Origin: Stylophora pistillata
Taxonomy: Eukaryota
Direction: 5' to 3'
Length of the DNA: 64,000 bases
Assembly: GCF_002571385.2 (NCBI RefSeq)
Contig: NW_019217876.1
Span: 1 to 64,000 of the forward strand
Shown: piece by piece, positions 23,149-35,075 of the stretch
Layout: every line of letters begins with the position of its first letter
Numbering within the stretch: position 1 is the first letter of the stretch
The notes under the pieces: generated by a model
Seen by the model: only the letters and a program-made list of their open reading frames with translations
The model's database searches: none
Told to the model about the DNA's origin: nothing
Program-made: the position numbers and the translations under genes

Positions 23149-26100
23149 AGGATATTTACATGAAACTGTTTCTTTTGATTGTCTGAATGGGGCATTTGGA
23201 CCTTTATGTTTGCAACTGGACCTTGAAATTTCTAGCATATTTACTTGATTGTAAATGTGTCTTGGAGTCTCACTTAAAACTGTTCAATTTCAATTCTATA
23301 GTCGAGCAATAGTCAGTCTGATAGAAAATAGTTCTCTGGTGAGAGCTTGACAGCTTTCCAATTAAACAAAATCAGATCTCAGTGGTTAGCAAGGAAAATA
23401 TTGCAATGGAGGTTTTCTGATGCACATTTGTTGGATAGCACTTGATTCATGCAAGAGATGGGAATAGATTTGAAATTTTAGAGTTCAAACCATGCATTTT
23501 TTGTTGCTGTTTGGTTACACATATGGAAGATGGTCTTATTATCTTTCTCAATGTCAATGAATCATTAACTGGACTGACTTGCAATTTTGTGTAAAATTTT
23601 GTATAAGATGATGACTTGTGGTACAGAGGAAGAATCACTAAGGTTACAGATGATCAGTCTGTGGAGGTGTTCTATGTGGACTTTGGCAACACTGTTACAC
23701 TTCCTTTGAGTAAAGTGAGGACAGGAAAAGAAGAGCTATCACAACTTGCTGCTCAAGCGATCCAGTGTAGCCTATCGTCCATCTCCCCTGTCAGTGGTAC
23801 AGAGTGGTCAGATGCCTCTGTTGAAAGGTTTAGTAGCCTTGTAATGCAAAAGCAATTGGTTGGAAAAGTGATAAAAAAAGGTTAGACAACTGGCAAAGAA
23901 AGCCTTTGATGTACTGACACAACATTACTGGTACCCAAATACAAAATTTTCAAAAGGTGTTATGGTTCGAATCTCTGATCCCGTCTGGGTGTTAATTTAA
24001 TGCCAGTTATGGTTATTGCCATTGTACTTAGCATTGATAAATTTAGGCAAAGTCAAAGCCCTCAGAGAGGATTAGAGGTCTTTTAAACATGGAGTTTGTA
24101 TTGGGGCTCTAATTAAACTCTAAAACTCTAGAAACTTTTGAAAGAGGTTTCAGAGTCGTATCTATAGTGTAAGACCTACAGAACAAGTACCATACCTGTA
24201 TAAAAAAAAAAATATTGTCAAAACAAAGAAGATTCATTCTTCAGCCAACTTTAAAACTCTGTACACTTTTAAGAGATATCAGAGCCATTTATAGAGGCCC
24301 TTCATGGCTTGACACCAATGGTACCCAACTGACCACAGACTAGTAGAAATTCAGTTTTGGCTTGTAAACAAACTGAAATTGTTGTAACATCTAAGTTGTC
24401 ACTAGCCACTTGGCTAGTAAGTTGAAAAGTTAGTGTCAAGCCCAGCCTTTTTAACTATTAATAGCAGGATAGTCTACTTTTAGGCTTCCAACAGAATTAC
24501 CTGGAGTTTTTCTCTCAAACCCATGTATGTATGTTAGAAAGATAAACTGTCAAAACAAAGTAGATTCTTCAGCCAAGTTTTTGGTAACATGGCTAGACTT
24601 CAATGCAATCAACAGATTATTCCAATACCAAAGCACTTTGTATTATTTAACTTTTGTAACATGAATTACTGTAGTATAATTTCAGAGCTGAGCAAAGAGT
24701 TTCCAGCAATCTGATGGGTCGAACGGTTCCTTATATGATGCTATATAAACCGCTCCACGCAGTTTATATAAAATGTTAAAATAAAATGTTAATGAATGTT
24801 ACTAAAATGTCAATAAATGTTACTAAAATTTCTCTGATGTTCAGCTCTGAAATTATACTAAAACATTTATTCACCTCAGGTTCGGTGAATATTGTCGAAT
24901 AATCCCCTTGACTTTGTCTCGGGGATTATTCAACGATATTCACCTCACCTTCGGCGAATAATTGTTAAATATATATTCCAGTCAGGTTACCTCGGAGTCC
25001 ATAGCTTCAACATTTCTCATTTAAATCAATACAGGAAACCAAGAAGGCATGGAAATAGAATTGTTTGACACAAGTCACCAGTCAGTTGACATCAACATAG
25101 GTGGCCTACTGGTCAATGAAGGATTAGCTGTCCATTCTGCCACAAAATCTGTTCCAGCAGCTCCAAGCATGACAGGAAGTGAAGAATTTACCAAACCTGT
25201 AGTAAATAGTGGTGAAATGTATGATGTTGCCATTTCCCATCTTTTGTCCCCTGGAAAGTTTTACTGTCAACTGGAGAATATGAAAGATCAACTTGATGGG
25301 AGTATGTATTTGTAGAGTACCAAATGTTTAACATTTTTATAACTGCATGATTATTAGCTAGTGTTACTTTTGACACTGTTTGTCTTCACTAGCTTTCAAA
25401 ATTGTGGTATTCTTGATTTTTCATTCAAATATCTTGTTTTTGTAGGAGGCATGGAAAACCTGTAAAGTCATTGTATTTTACAATATCATTTCCCAGGCTT
25501 GGAAAGTCATGAAGTTTGATTATGCATCATGGAAAGTCTTGGGAAATGGTTGAAAATTATTTTTCTGACAACAACAAAACAAAAATATTGCATTAATGAC
25601 CATTACTTTTCACATAATTTTGAAACTATTGTCTGGATTGAAGGCAATGGAAAACATAAGAGAAGTCTTGGAAAAGATAAAGAAAAGTCATGGAATTTTA
25701 TTCCTGTTTCTTGTAGTGATGACCGATCTGAATGATCACCACTTCCAACTGGCTGAAACAGAAGGCTGTCTTGTCTCACCGTTAGTTGGACAGCCATGTG
25801 TAGCACTTTATGGAGATTTATGGTACAGAGCAAAAGTGCAGAAGATCTCGGTGAATGACATCACTGTTCATTATGTTGACTATGGGAATGATGAGACATT
25901 GAAGCCATCCAGTGTAAAGCAGATTTCCTCCATGTTCATGAAGACACCTGAGGTTGCTATTGAATGTTCATTAGATCTGAAAAGGAACGAGTGGCCAGAG
26001 GAAGCCATTGCACTATTTGAAAGACTAAGTACTGCGGATGAGCAGTTGATCATAAAGATTCTTGGCTATGATAGTGGACAATATCAAGTGAAGGTGTTTG

Positions 26101-29100
26101 ATAAAAAGGCTCGTTGTTTAAGTGAAGAAGTACTCCACTTGATCCCAGGAGCAGGTATCAATTTTGATTTCTTATAATAATAAACTTAGCTTTGTAATAT
26201 ACACGTAAGCCCTTACACCTCAGAGATGACTTTCTGAAATCATTTGACTCTAACATCAACCCTCCTCATGTTTGGAGGGAATTCTTACTCCTCAAATTCT
26301 CATCAGAGATTATCAAGTAACATGTTAGAGCGACAATGATTCTCTCTTTACCAAACAGTTATCTACAACCTTGTCTGCTATGGTTTTATCTTGACTTGAG
26401 CACTTTTTCGCTTACATCTATATGAAAGGTGGGTGCTGGGGTCATTCAGGAGCTTCCATGTTCGATAACCACCTCCCCTCCCACCCTAGAGAGAATACCA
26501 CACCCTATAGTTGAGACATCTCTGAGATTTGGCCATAAGCAAACAACAGAATGTGCTGAGGGATGCTTGAAGACAGCTGTGAATGAAATGCTGAAGAATG
26601 CATGAAAATAACCCTCCCAAGACTTCTCAGGAACACATGCAAACAAACAGCTTACAAAATGAAAAAGAACAGCTCAACAACACTTGAAGACAACTGATAA
26701 TCTATGGTACCCTGTTAATGAACTGCTGACAAACCCTTTCAGACAACTGCATCAGTGCCTCTAAGGACTGCTAGAAGAAAATGCTCCAAAAAGAAGCCTG
26801 GAACTTTTGAAGATAACTGCTGTAAAACTGTTTGGGTTTGCTTGACGACAGCTGCTATAAGACATCCATAAAAAGTTTGGAGATAATCATTGAAGAACAT
26901 TAAGGATTGCTCTAAAACAATTTCTGCAAAAGTGCTCAGGGCTGCCAAACTGTTTGAGAACTCAAAAGATGTCTCTTAATAAAGTTGCAACTCTTTGTGT
27001 GAGCCTGTTCTTATATTGCAAAGACAGCTCGCTGGAAGACTAACCTAATTAAATATGATACAAAAATCTCTTTTCCATCAAAAAAGACATTAATAGTAAT
27101 AAGTGAGGAGAATCCATTATCAGTTCTTGGGAGTTTAAAGGTAGAAGATAAGGGCTCTAAATACAGGATGAGTGGCACACAGTTGTAGATTCAATTTTCT
27201 CTTTTTTTTTTTTTCAACCTAGTACAAGATACCCAGAAGGAAAAGAAGAAAAGAAACTTTGAACAGCTGCCCCTTCATCCAGGTGATGTGAAGAATGCCT
27301 ACGTTGTTCACACTGAAAGCCCTAGTGATTTCTTCATCCAGTTGTCAGAAACCTACCCTGAGCTTGAACAGATGATGGCAGAGATTGCTGAAGTGTACTC
27401 TGGCCTTGCTGATGATCTGAGTCCTGGGGATCTTGTTGTGGGCCATCCTGTTTGTGCACAGTTTGCAGAAGATGGTGGCTGGTATAGAGGTGTAATTCAA
27501 AGCATACCATCAGAGTATAAAGTTGAAATACAGTACATTGATTATGGTAACAGTGATGTAATTCCTCTGTCAGATATCCGACAGCTGAGCAGCAGATTTT
27601 TCAGCCTTCCAATACAAGCAATTCATTGCTGTCTTGATCTTCCAAGAGTAGAGTCTTTCAAAGAGAGAGTAGAAGACAAGGAGCTCAAGGTGAAATTTCT
27701 GGCAACAGAAAGGGGAAAATGGAAGGTTAGCTTAGATGATGACAATGGAATAACTGGCAGCAAAGATGAAGTACCAAAATGCTCAGATGACGTATTTGAG
27801 CTGAGAGAATTTCCTCAACTTCAAATTACTCAAGAGATGGAGCAAAATGTGTATATTAGTCACATAGTGAGCCCGGATGAATTCTATGTGCAGTTTGCGA
27901 CTGGACTGGATGAATTGACAGCATTGAGTGAAAAGATAAATGGGTTCTACTCTTTCTTGCATCCATCTCAAAATGTGATAAAGAATCCAACTGAAGGAAT
28001 GTCTTGCTGTGCAAAATTCAGCCAGGATCATTGCTGGTACAGGAGTCGGGTAAAAGGAGTGGCTCTGCAAGGGGTAGAAGTTGAATTTGTTGACTATGGA
28101 AACAGTGAATTTGTGAACCCCATTTATGTAAAAGATGTGGAGAAAGAATTCATGCAGTTACCTCAACAAGCCACTTTGTGTGCCCTTGATGTTACCAAAG
28201 ATGAATGGTCAGCTGAAGAAATAAACATATTTATGTCAGCAGCCCTTGACAAGACATTTGAAGCTAAGTTCATAACTCAAGATGGACCGAAATGGAGGGT
28301 ATCTTTACAAAGTGGTGGAACATCTGTTGTAGACTTGTTCATAAGCAACAGTGCTGCAGATCTTCAGAAAACTAAAGGTGTGAGTGTTACAGGTGTGCAA
28401 ATGGAGACTTTCCTTCCAATGGATCTCTCATTGGGCCAAATTGAAGAAGTTTATGTCAGTCACGTAACAGAGTCTGGGGATTTTTATGTTCAGTTGTCCA
28501 AAACATCATCAGATCTGACCCATATTGAAAACAAAATTGGAGAAATTTATGATCAACTAGGCCCTAGTACAGACACTATGGAGGTATGTTTTGTTGATTC
28601 ATTATGCTGTGCCAAATACAGTGAAGATTTTCAGTGGTACAGAGCTTGTGTCACTAAAGTAGTTTCTGACTCTAAAGTGGAAGTCCACTTTGTTGATTAT
28701 GGAAACACAGATACCCTTCCTGTGTCAGCCATTAAACAGCTTAGACCCAATCTCCTTACCTTTCCTGCGCAAGCAATCAGATGCAAACTTGAAGGATCCA
28801 AAGATGTTTGGACAGAGAGTGATGTAGAACAGTTTAGAGCTAACATTTTGGAGAGACCTTTACATATGACATTTACCAGGAAAGAAAAGGACACTTGGTG
28901 TGTGACGATCCAAGAGCTTGACATGTTTTCCACCAAAGCAAAATTAGCATTAAAAGAGAGGTATACCAAGGAAGGCTTTGATATCCACAAACGAGAGGAA
29001 GCATATTTCCTTTTTGCTGAATCTCCTGACTGCTTCTGGCTTCAGCTAGAGAGAACTGGAAATGCTCTGGAAGAACTGATGGAACAGATCAGCACATTGT

Positions 29101-32100
29101 CTGATCAGGAATTGCGGAGATCCCAACTTCAAGTAGGACTACCTTGTCTTGGTAAATACACAGAGAATGACATGTGGCACCGTGCTGAAATCCTCCAGGT
29201 GCAAGATGATGTTAATGTAATGGTATCCTATGTAGATTATGGTAATTTCGAGACCGTTCCCTTGGACAGGCTGCGACCAATTAATGACTCTCATCTGAAA
29301 CTCCCATCTCAAGCAATTTGTTGTCGTCTAGCAGAAGTACAAGGTGTGGATCCAGGTAAGATAACAGACTACCTAAACCAACAACTTTTTGATAAGGTGG
29401 TTGAAGTTGAAGTTCAGAAACAGCATGCAGATGATTCCTATACAGTGAAACTGTTTACTAAGGGAGAGTCATTGTCAGTTAATGAGCAAATAGTCAGAGA
29501 ATGCCTTGGTGATACATCCCTTTTGGAAGAGAGGATTTTTGAACATTCTTCTCCACAAAAACTCATTTCAACTGAAGAGAGGAAAAATTTTACCCGACCA
29601 GACCTACAGTCAGGTAGCAAAGTACCAGTGAGCTTTGTCTCAGCATTTTTGCCTGCAGAGATGCAGCTGTTGTTAACTGAGAGGATTGATGAACGAGACC
29701 AAATGACGAGAGAGATAACATCTGTGTATCAAGCCCTTAATGAAAGTGAACTTACACTTGAAAATCCAGTGGTCGGAATGTTGTGCTGTGTACCCTTTTC
29801 AGACAAGTGGTGCAGAGGTGAAGTTATAAGTACTTCTGCAGATAATACTGCCACTGTGAAGCTTGTCGATTGTGGAACAAATGAGAAAATACCTATTTCT
29901 GCCTTGAAATTGCTGAAGGATGAGTTTGCGAAAAGGCCTGTTTTTGTTGTGGAAAGTAGTTTGGCAAATGTACAGCCAAGCTCTGATGATGGTCAGTGGT
30001 CACCAGAGTGTTCTAATGCATTAGAATCCCTTTGCCGTTCCAAAACGTTGATAGCTGAGATCACACAAGTATTTGGAGAAATGGTGGAAGTGATTTTGAA
30101 TGATGAGAGTGGAAAACAAGTTAATCAAAGTCTTGTAGATTTAGGGTTTGCAAAGTTATGTGACATCCAGGATGATTACTTGAGAGAACAGCCAGGGTTA
30201 AAGTGGCAAAAATTGGAAGTTGGGGCAAGCCTTGATGTGTATTTGATGTCTGTGAAAGATTTGGACTCCATTCAGTTACAAGTGGTTGACACCGAGGAAG
30301 GTTTGGAAAAAATGATGGATCAACTGATGGCAGTATACTCTAATTTGGGTGAAACAGAGGAAGTCATTGGGAACCCAAGGGTGGGGCAGGTTTGCTGTGC
30401 ACAGTATTCTGAGGACTTGAACTGGTATAGAGCAGTTGTTACTTGTGTGAGTCCAGGAGGAGTTGAAGTCAAGTTTGTAGATTATGGTAACAGTGATGTG
30501 GCTGTGATGATCAAGCAACTTCGGGAAGAGTTTTTCTTGCTTCCTGTTCAGTGTATTGATTGCGGTCTCAATGGCATTGTGTCAGCCTTTGAGCCCACTA
30601 GTGAAGACATTGCATTAAAATTGATGGAATTATATGAATCTAAAGAATTGAAGGCCGAAATTGTCAATGTTTCTGGTGACTCTGTGGGTGTCAATCTGTA
30701 TAATGAATCTGGAGAGTCTGTTACTGATGCTCTTGTAAAACTTGGATTTGCATTGTCTCAAGCAACTCAGCAAGAAATAGCAAGAATGGTTTCAATCTCA
30801 GAAGATGGCAGAATAGTTTACAATTACCCAGAATCTGGAGAGTGTCTTCATAATGTGAGTTTGGTGTCAGTAAAGTCACCAAATAACTTCTGGTGTGAGT
30901 TAACTGGTTTCAGATCTGAGCTCAAGACATTATCAGAAAAGATTGAGGATTTTTACCAGTCACTGGGCGAAAATGACCTGAGGTTTTTGTGCCTGCAAGT
31001 TGGAGATACTTGCTGTGCTCAATTCACGGAGAACAACAAGTGGTGTAGATCTCAAGTGACTGAAGTCCTTTCAGAGGGCCAAGTCTGTGTGTGCTCGGTA
31101 GACTATGCCAAACAAGAAACTCTGACAATAAACAGAATCAAGAAACTTGAAGCAAAATTTGCAGTTCTTCCTGTGCAGGCTTTGTATTGTAGCCTCCACG
31201 GCATAGAGCCTCCGCACAAATACTATGGGGAAGACTGGAGCAATGATGCACTGGGAAGATTTCAAGAACTTTGTGAGGGAGCAGATTTGAACATTAAGAT
31301 CAAAGAGCAAGATGGTAGTGTTACTCATGTTGAGCTATTGGACTCTGCTGGTGTATCCATAAGCAGTCAGCTCTTATCTGATGGATTGGCAGTTGTGACT
31401 AGATCCCCCCTGATGGAAAGTCCTGTGAAAGGTATTCCCAGTTTGTCTGCAGAACAAATGAAGGAATCTGACCAGGAAAGTTCTGAGGAGAATGCCTTTG
31501 AGGATGCTGAATCTGGCCTTGATGGAGTGGAAAAGTTAGCCAATGTTGCTTCCGATAATGAGGAAGTGAGGGGAGAAATAGAAGATGAATTTCATGACAG
31601 CAGTGATCATGTTGTGGAGGATGCTTCAAATCAAGTTGTTAAAGGAGAATCAGTCCTAGTTCAGGAGGGGGCACCTATAGAAGTAACTGTAGAACAACTT
31701 GTGAAAGATGAAGGAAAGGCAGAAGAGGGAAGATGTGAATCTGGAATCCCAGAAGTTCTTGAAGGAAAATCAAAGGAGAGTTCAAGTCCTGAATGTAAAG
31801 AGGGGCTAGAAAGGATTGACAAAGAAGTTGCACACGATGTAGCAACGGAGATGGAGGGCAGTGAATCTGATGAACACTCACAGGCAGTCCTTGAAGTGGT
31901 AGGTGAGAAACAGACCGAGGCACCAGTAGGGGAACAAACAAATGAGTCAAACAATTCAGATGCTAATGGAGATTTTAGAGACCCAGGTCTAGATGTGTTG
32001 GAGAAACAAGAGAAGGTGGAAGATCAAGTTACTGACAAGATGCATGAAGATAAGGTTGAAACAGGAAAGGAGCTCAGTGAAGGGTCAGCTGAGGAAGTTT

Positions 32101-33451
32101 TAACAGAAGGATTCTCAGAAGAGGATATCTCGGGTACATTGATTTATCTTAATAGCAGTTGTTGTCTTAAATATGATTTATCCTTATTAATTCAGTTGTG
32201 CTGATTTCAGTCCTTTCAGTAGCACCAGTTACAATGGAAATGTTAGTTCTTTAAAATCAAAGCTATCAGTTTCAAAATGCTTGTTATAGGTTTCAAGACG
32301 TCAATTTCAGTTTTGTGAAAAAAACAAAACAAAAACAAAACAAAAAAAAAACAGTGGTCCATTTTAAGACTCCAAGTTGTGGTAACTTTGCTAGAAATAA
32401 TTCCTTGTTTGCAGTTGTAGTTACTGAAAGGACTAACAAGTGTTCTAAGGGGGGAACTGTTTTATACTCTCTATTCTATATTACTATTTGTGGAATCTCA
32501 TTATTTATGTATCCAGTGATTATTAGTTTGGCACCAATTCTCCCCCTATTTCCAATTTTTTTTTATTTTTTTTTTTATGCTCCTCCATCACCACAGGAGC
32601 GACTATGGATTGTATTTTAGTTACATAGCTGCATAATCACAGACTCTTATCAGCAATTTTAGCCTCAAAAGATAAACCAGGCAATGGCCCTATAGCTAAC
32701 ATGCGAACAAGGGCTAACATGTGTTATTGACCAAGGGTGAGGTCAAGATGGCTAGCTATTGGCTTTTTTTTGGGGGGGGGGGGGGCATTTTTATGGACTG
32801 AGACAAAGTCATGGTCCATAAAAAGGCTGAAAAAAGAATGAGGCTGATGTCCAGCCATCTTGACCAAACAAGCTTGGTTAAGGAGGGATTTATTATATAG
32901 CAAAAATATTTCACTTTAATGAGAATCAAGAATGACTTATTTTTTTCAAGGGCTGGGAAGGAAAGCCAACTGTGTTTGTAGCACAAACCCATGAGGGTTG
33001 TTTATGTTTTCTTTGTTTTGACTGTCTTCTGTCACTTTTTGTGACTTCATTGCTGAAATTGTCCAAAAGTTATGAATTTTGTAAATCCACTTCATGCACT
33101 TTTTTTCTTGCCAGGGATCAAAGCGGGCAATCCTGAGCAGGCAAGATGGTTTCATCTTGCCTGCTCAGGTAACCTATCAGAACACAGGATCCACTTCATA
33201 TATAGTAAATTGCATTATTGGGTGAGACTTTGATATTACTTTCATTCATTCCAGAAATTACTGGCATGGCTGAGGAAGAAGCTACAGCGGCAACAATGAC
33301 TGTGGATGAGAACAGGACTGAAGAAGAACGGGTAAGTTCAACAAGTCCACTGTACAGTCCACCTTCCAGCCCTGCTGTGTACATACAACCGGGGGGAGAA
33401 GTCCAATTTACCAAGGAAAAGTCACCTGCTAAAGAGAATCAAGAAAATTGA
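14891..33451 (+). CDS. Very large multi-Tudor-domain protein (Tudor/TDRD6/TDRD15-like): 17 extended Tudor domains plus an acidic tail, about 3696 aa (short C-terminal form)
   Basis: Exons 14891-17045, 19036-21663, 22197-22418, 23608-23880, 25035-25301, 25717-26154, 27223-32133 and 33255-33451 join in frame (11091 nt). They carry 17 repeats of P..F.(C/V)QL ... CA.F/Y..D..WYR ... (Y/F).DYGN ... LP.QA..C.L. Confidence 0.9.
17871..18192. mobile_element. MITE with CAGGGTT termini and a 5-bp TSD
   Basis: TIRs CAGGGTTCATAC / GTACAAACCCTG, with ATGTG duplicated at 17866-17870 and 18193-18197 and subterminal GTCATGGAA repeats. A degenerate relative lies at about 25450-25700. Confidence 0.75.
22450..23230. 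repeat. 153-bp tandem repeat (about 3 units); the third unit is interrupted by a SINE
   Basis: GTCCTCTGCC recurs at 22471, 22624 and 22777, and the unit resumes at about 23148 after the SINE. Confidence 0.85.
22821..23147 (+). mobile_element. tRNA-derived SINE, family A, with a long (TTA)n tail
   Basis: Homologous to the 1898 and 4063 copies, with B-box GGTTCGAGTCC. Confidence 0.8.
24672..24860. mobile_element. MITE with 20-bp perfect TIRs (TA ends)
   Basis: TAGTATAATTTCAGAGCTGA at 24672 and its exact reverse complement at 24841-24860. A second palindromic repeat follows at about 24866-24968. Confidence 0.65.
32724..33200. repeat. Interspersed repeat (same family as 12863-13335)
   Basis: Colinear similarity to 12863-13335. 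Confidence 0.7.
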
Positions 33452-34031
33452 GTTAGCTCTGCCAAAAAAACAGGGAGATAGTGAGATAGCTTAGGCTTCA
33501 AATTGATAAGAAGAGAACATGGAAATCCTTATTGTCACACAGCAGAACAGGGTTGTAATGTAGGCTCTCGTCTTGATTCATTTGATGATTTTTTTTTTGC
33601 ACACAATTAGAAATAATAGGGCTAGTAATTTGCCTGTGATAACTTTTTGTATTTGATATTGTTTTTCCAATTTCATTGTCATGTGTATGTCTAATTTGTT
33701 AAGAATTGACTGCGTGTTCGAGTGAAAATTCTTCTTGTGTAGTGAGACGATAATAATCTGTAAAATAATGCAATTACATGTAGATGATTTGAGACAGAAG
33801 TTCTTCACCATTGTTAACCTTCTGCTGTAGTAACGTTGTACAGCTGCAGTACTCAGAACTTAGAATGGAAATTTACACAGAGTAGGAGTCTCTTGTTCTG
33901 TAGTTGCATTTTTTATGGCATCTCAATTTGAATATTGCTTTACAGGAAACTGTGCTTTTCTTTGGTCTCACTGAGTGCTATTATGATACTCTGAACTGTC
34001 ATTTAGTTTATAAGCAATTAATATTGATTTT

Positions 34032-34195
34032 GCAGTAAATGGTTTGAACCCGGGGGTAACATGTGTACTGACAACAATCATTCACTTGACTCTGATGATG
34101 ACTTCCGCACAGGTTGTCGAAACGTCAGTCACTACCACCAACAACAGTCCTTCTCAGGACTACACTCACCCGGACGATCAGACTACACCTTCACA
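34032..34195 (+). mobile_element. Short hammerhead-containing (Penelope-type) non-autonomous element
   Basis: 13-bp direct repeat TAATATTGATTTT at 34019-34031 and 34196-34208. It has the same GCAGTAAATGGTTTGAACCC start and TTCACA end as 9468-9695. Confidence 0.75.
34087..34131 (+). ncRNA. Minimal type I hammerhead ribozyme motif
   Basis: Stem I TGACT/AGTCA; core CTGATGA (34092-34098); stem II closed by GAC/GTC; GAAA (34119-34122); palindromic ACGT helix III; GUC cleavage triplet ending at 34126. Confidence 0.7.
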
Positions 34196-34366
34196 TAATA
34201 TTGATTTTATTAATTTGGTTACTGAAATGGCCTAATTGACATTTACCAGTAACCCTATTTACCCTAAGATTAGTATGCATATTCTCCTTACTGTTCTCTA
34301 TCCATTTCCTATGGTTTTGATTAAGAAAATAGGCTTGACAATCAAAAGCTTCTGAAGTTTGATAAT

Positions 34367-34385
34367 TAACAATTATTGCACGGGT

Positions 34386-34426
<41 letters not shown>

Positions 34427-34444
34427 AGCGCCTAGTTGGCTATA

Positions 34445-34518
<74 letters not shown>

Positions 34519-34726
34519 CACCAAATCTTAAATTTTTTAGCTCCCTTTTAATTTTAAGCTGACATGTATGCTTACCATATTTGTACCAAGATATTAGACA
34601 AATCTCACCAAATCTTAAATTTTTTAGCTCCCTTTTAATTTTAAGCTGACATGTATGCTTACCATATTTGTAGATTATAGTATATTGGCTCATGTACCAT
34701 AATGGCTAAGCCAATAAAAAGTTTTG

Positions 34727-34760
<34 letters not shown>
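34367..34760. repeat. Interspersed palindromic repeat with an internal 87-bp tandem duplication
   Basis: Reverse-orientation copy of 6037-6340; CCAAGATATTAGAC occurs at 34499 and 34586. Confidence 0.75.
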
Positions 34761-34767
34761 TTCCTTT

Positions 34768-35075
34768 TATTAGATGGCCGTGTCTCACAAGGACTGGGAA
34801 CTACCAAATTCACGAATTTAATTGGCTGAAATCAATATTGAAAGCAGTCTAGATTTTCCCATCTAGACCAGTCTAGGGAAAAAGGTGCAAAGAATATAAA
34901 AAATTGGCATATAAGACACAGCCATATAATAAACATCTTATTAACTGAGCTGGGTCGGTCTCTATGAGAGAATCTTGACTTCAGTCGCTGGTACAGACCT
35001 CCCTGCATATGGTCTTTACTGGTAACCTTGGTCAGGATTCTCCCATACTGACCTCTCACTTGGTTAATAAGAACT
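34768..35075. repeat. Interspersed repeat with internal palindromes
   Basis: Colinear with 48963-49272. Confidence 0.75.

Noticed and set aside
26380-27050. Possible decayed coding or TE fragment in a Tudor intron
   Set aside because: No frame gave a recognisable motif, so I cannot support it.
27783-31954. Antisense ORFs within the large Tudor exon
   Set aside because: They are short shadow frames of a long coding exon with no recognisable motifs.
34487-34693. ORF with a duplicated 29-aa peptide
   Set aside because: It is produced by an 87-bp duplication inside a non-coding repeat.
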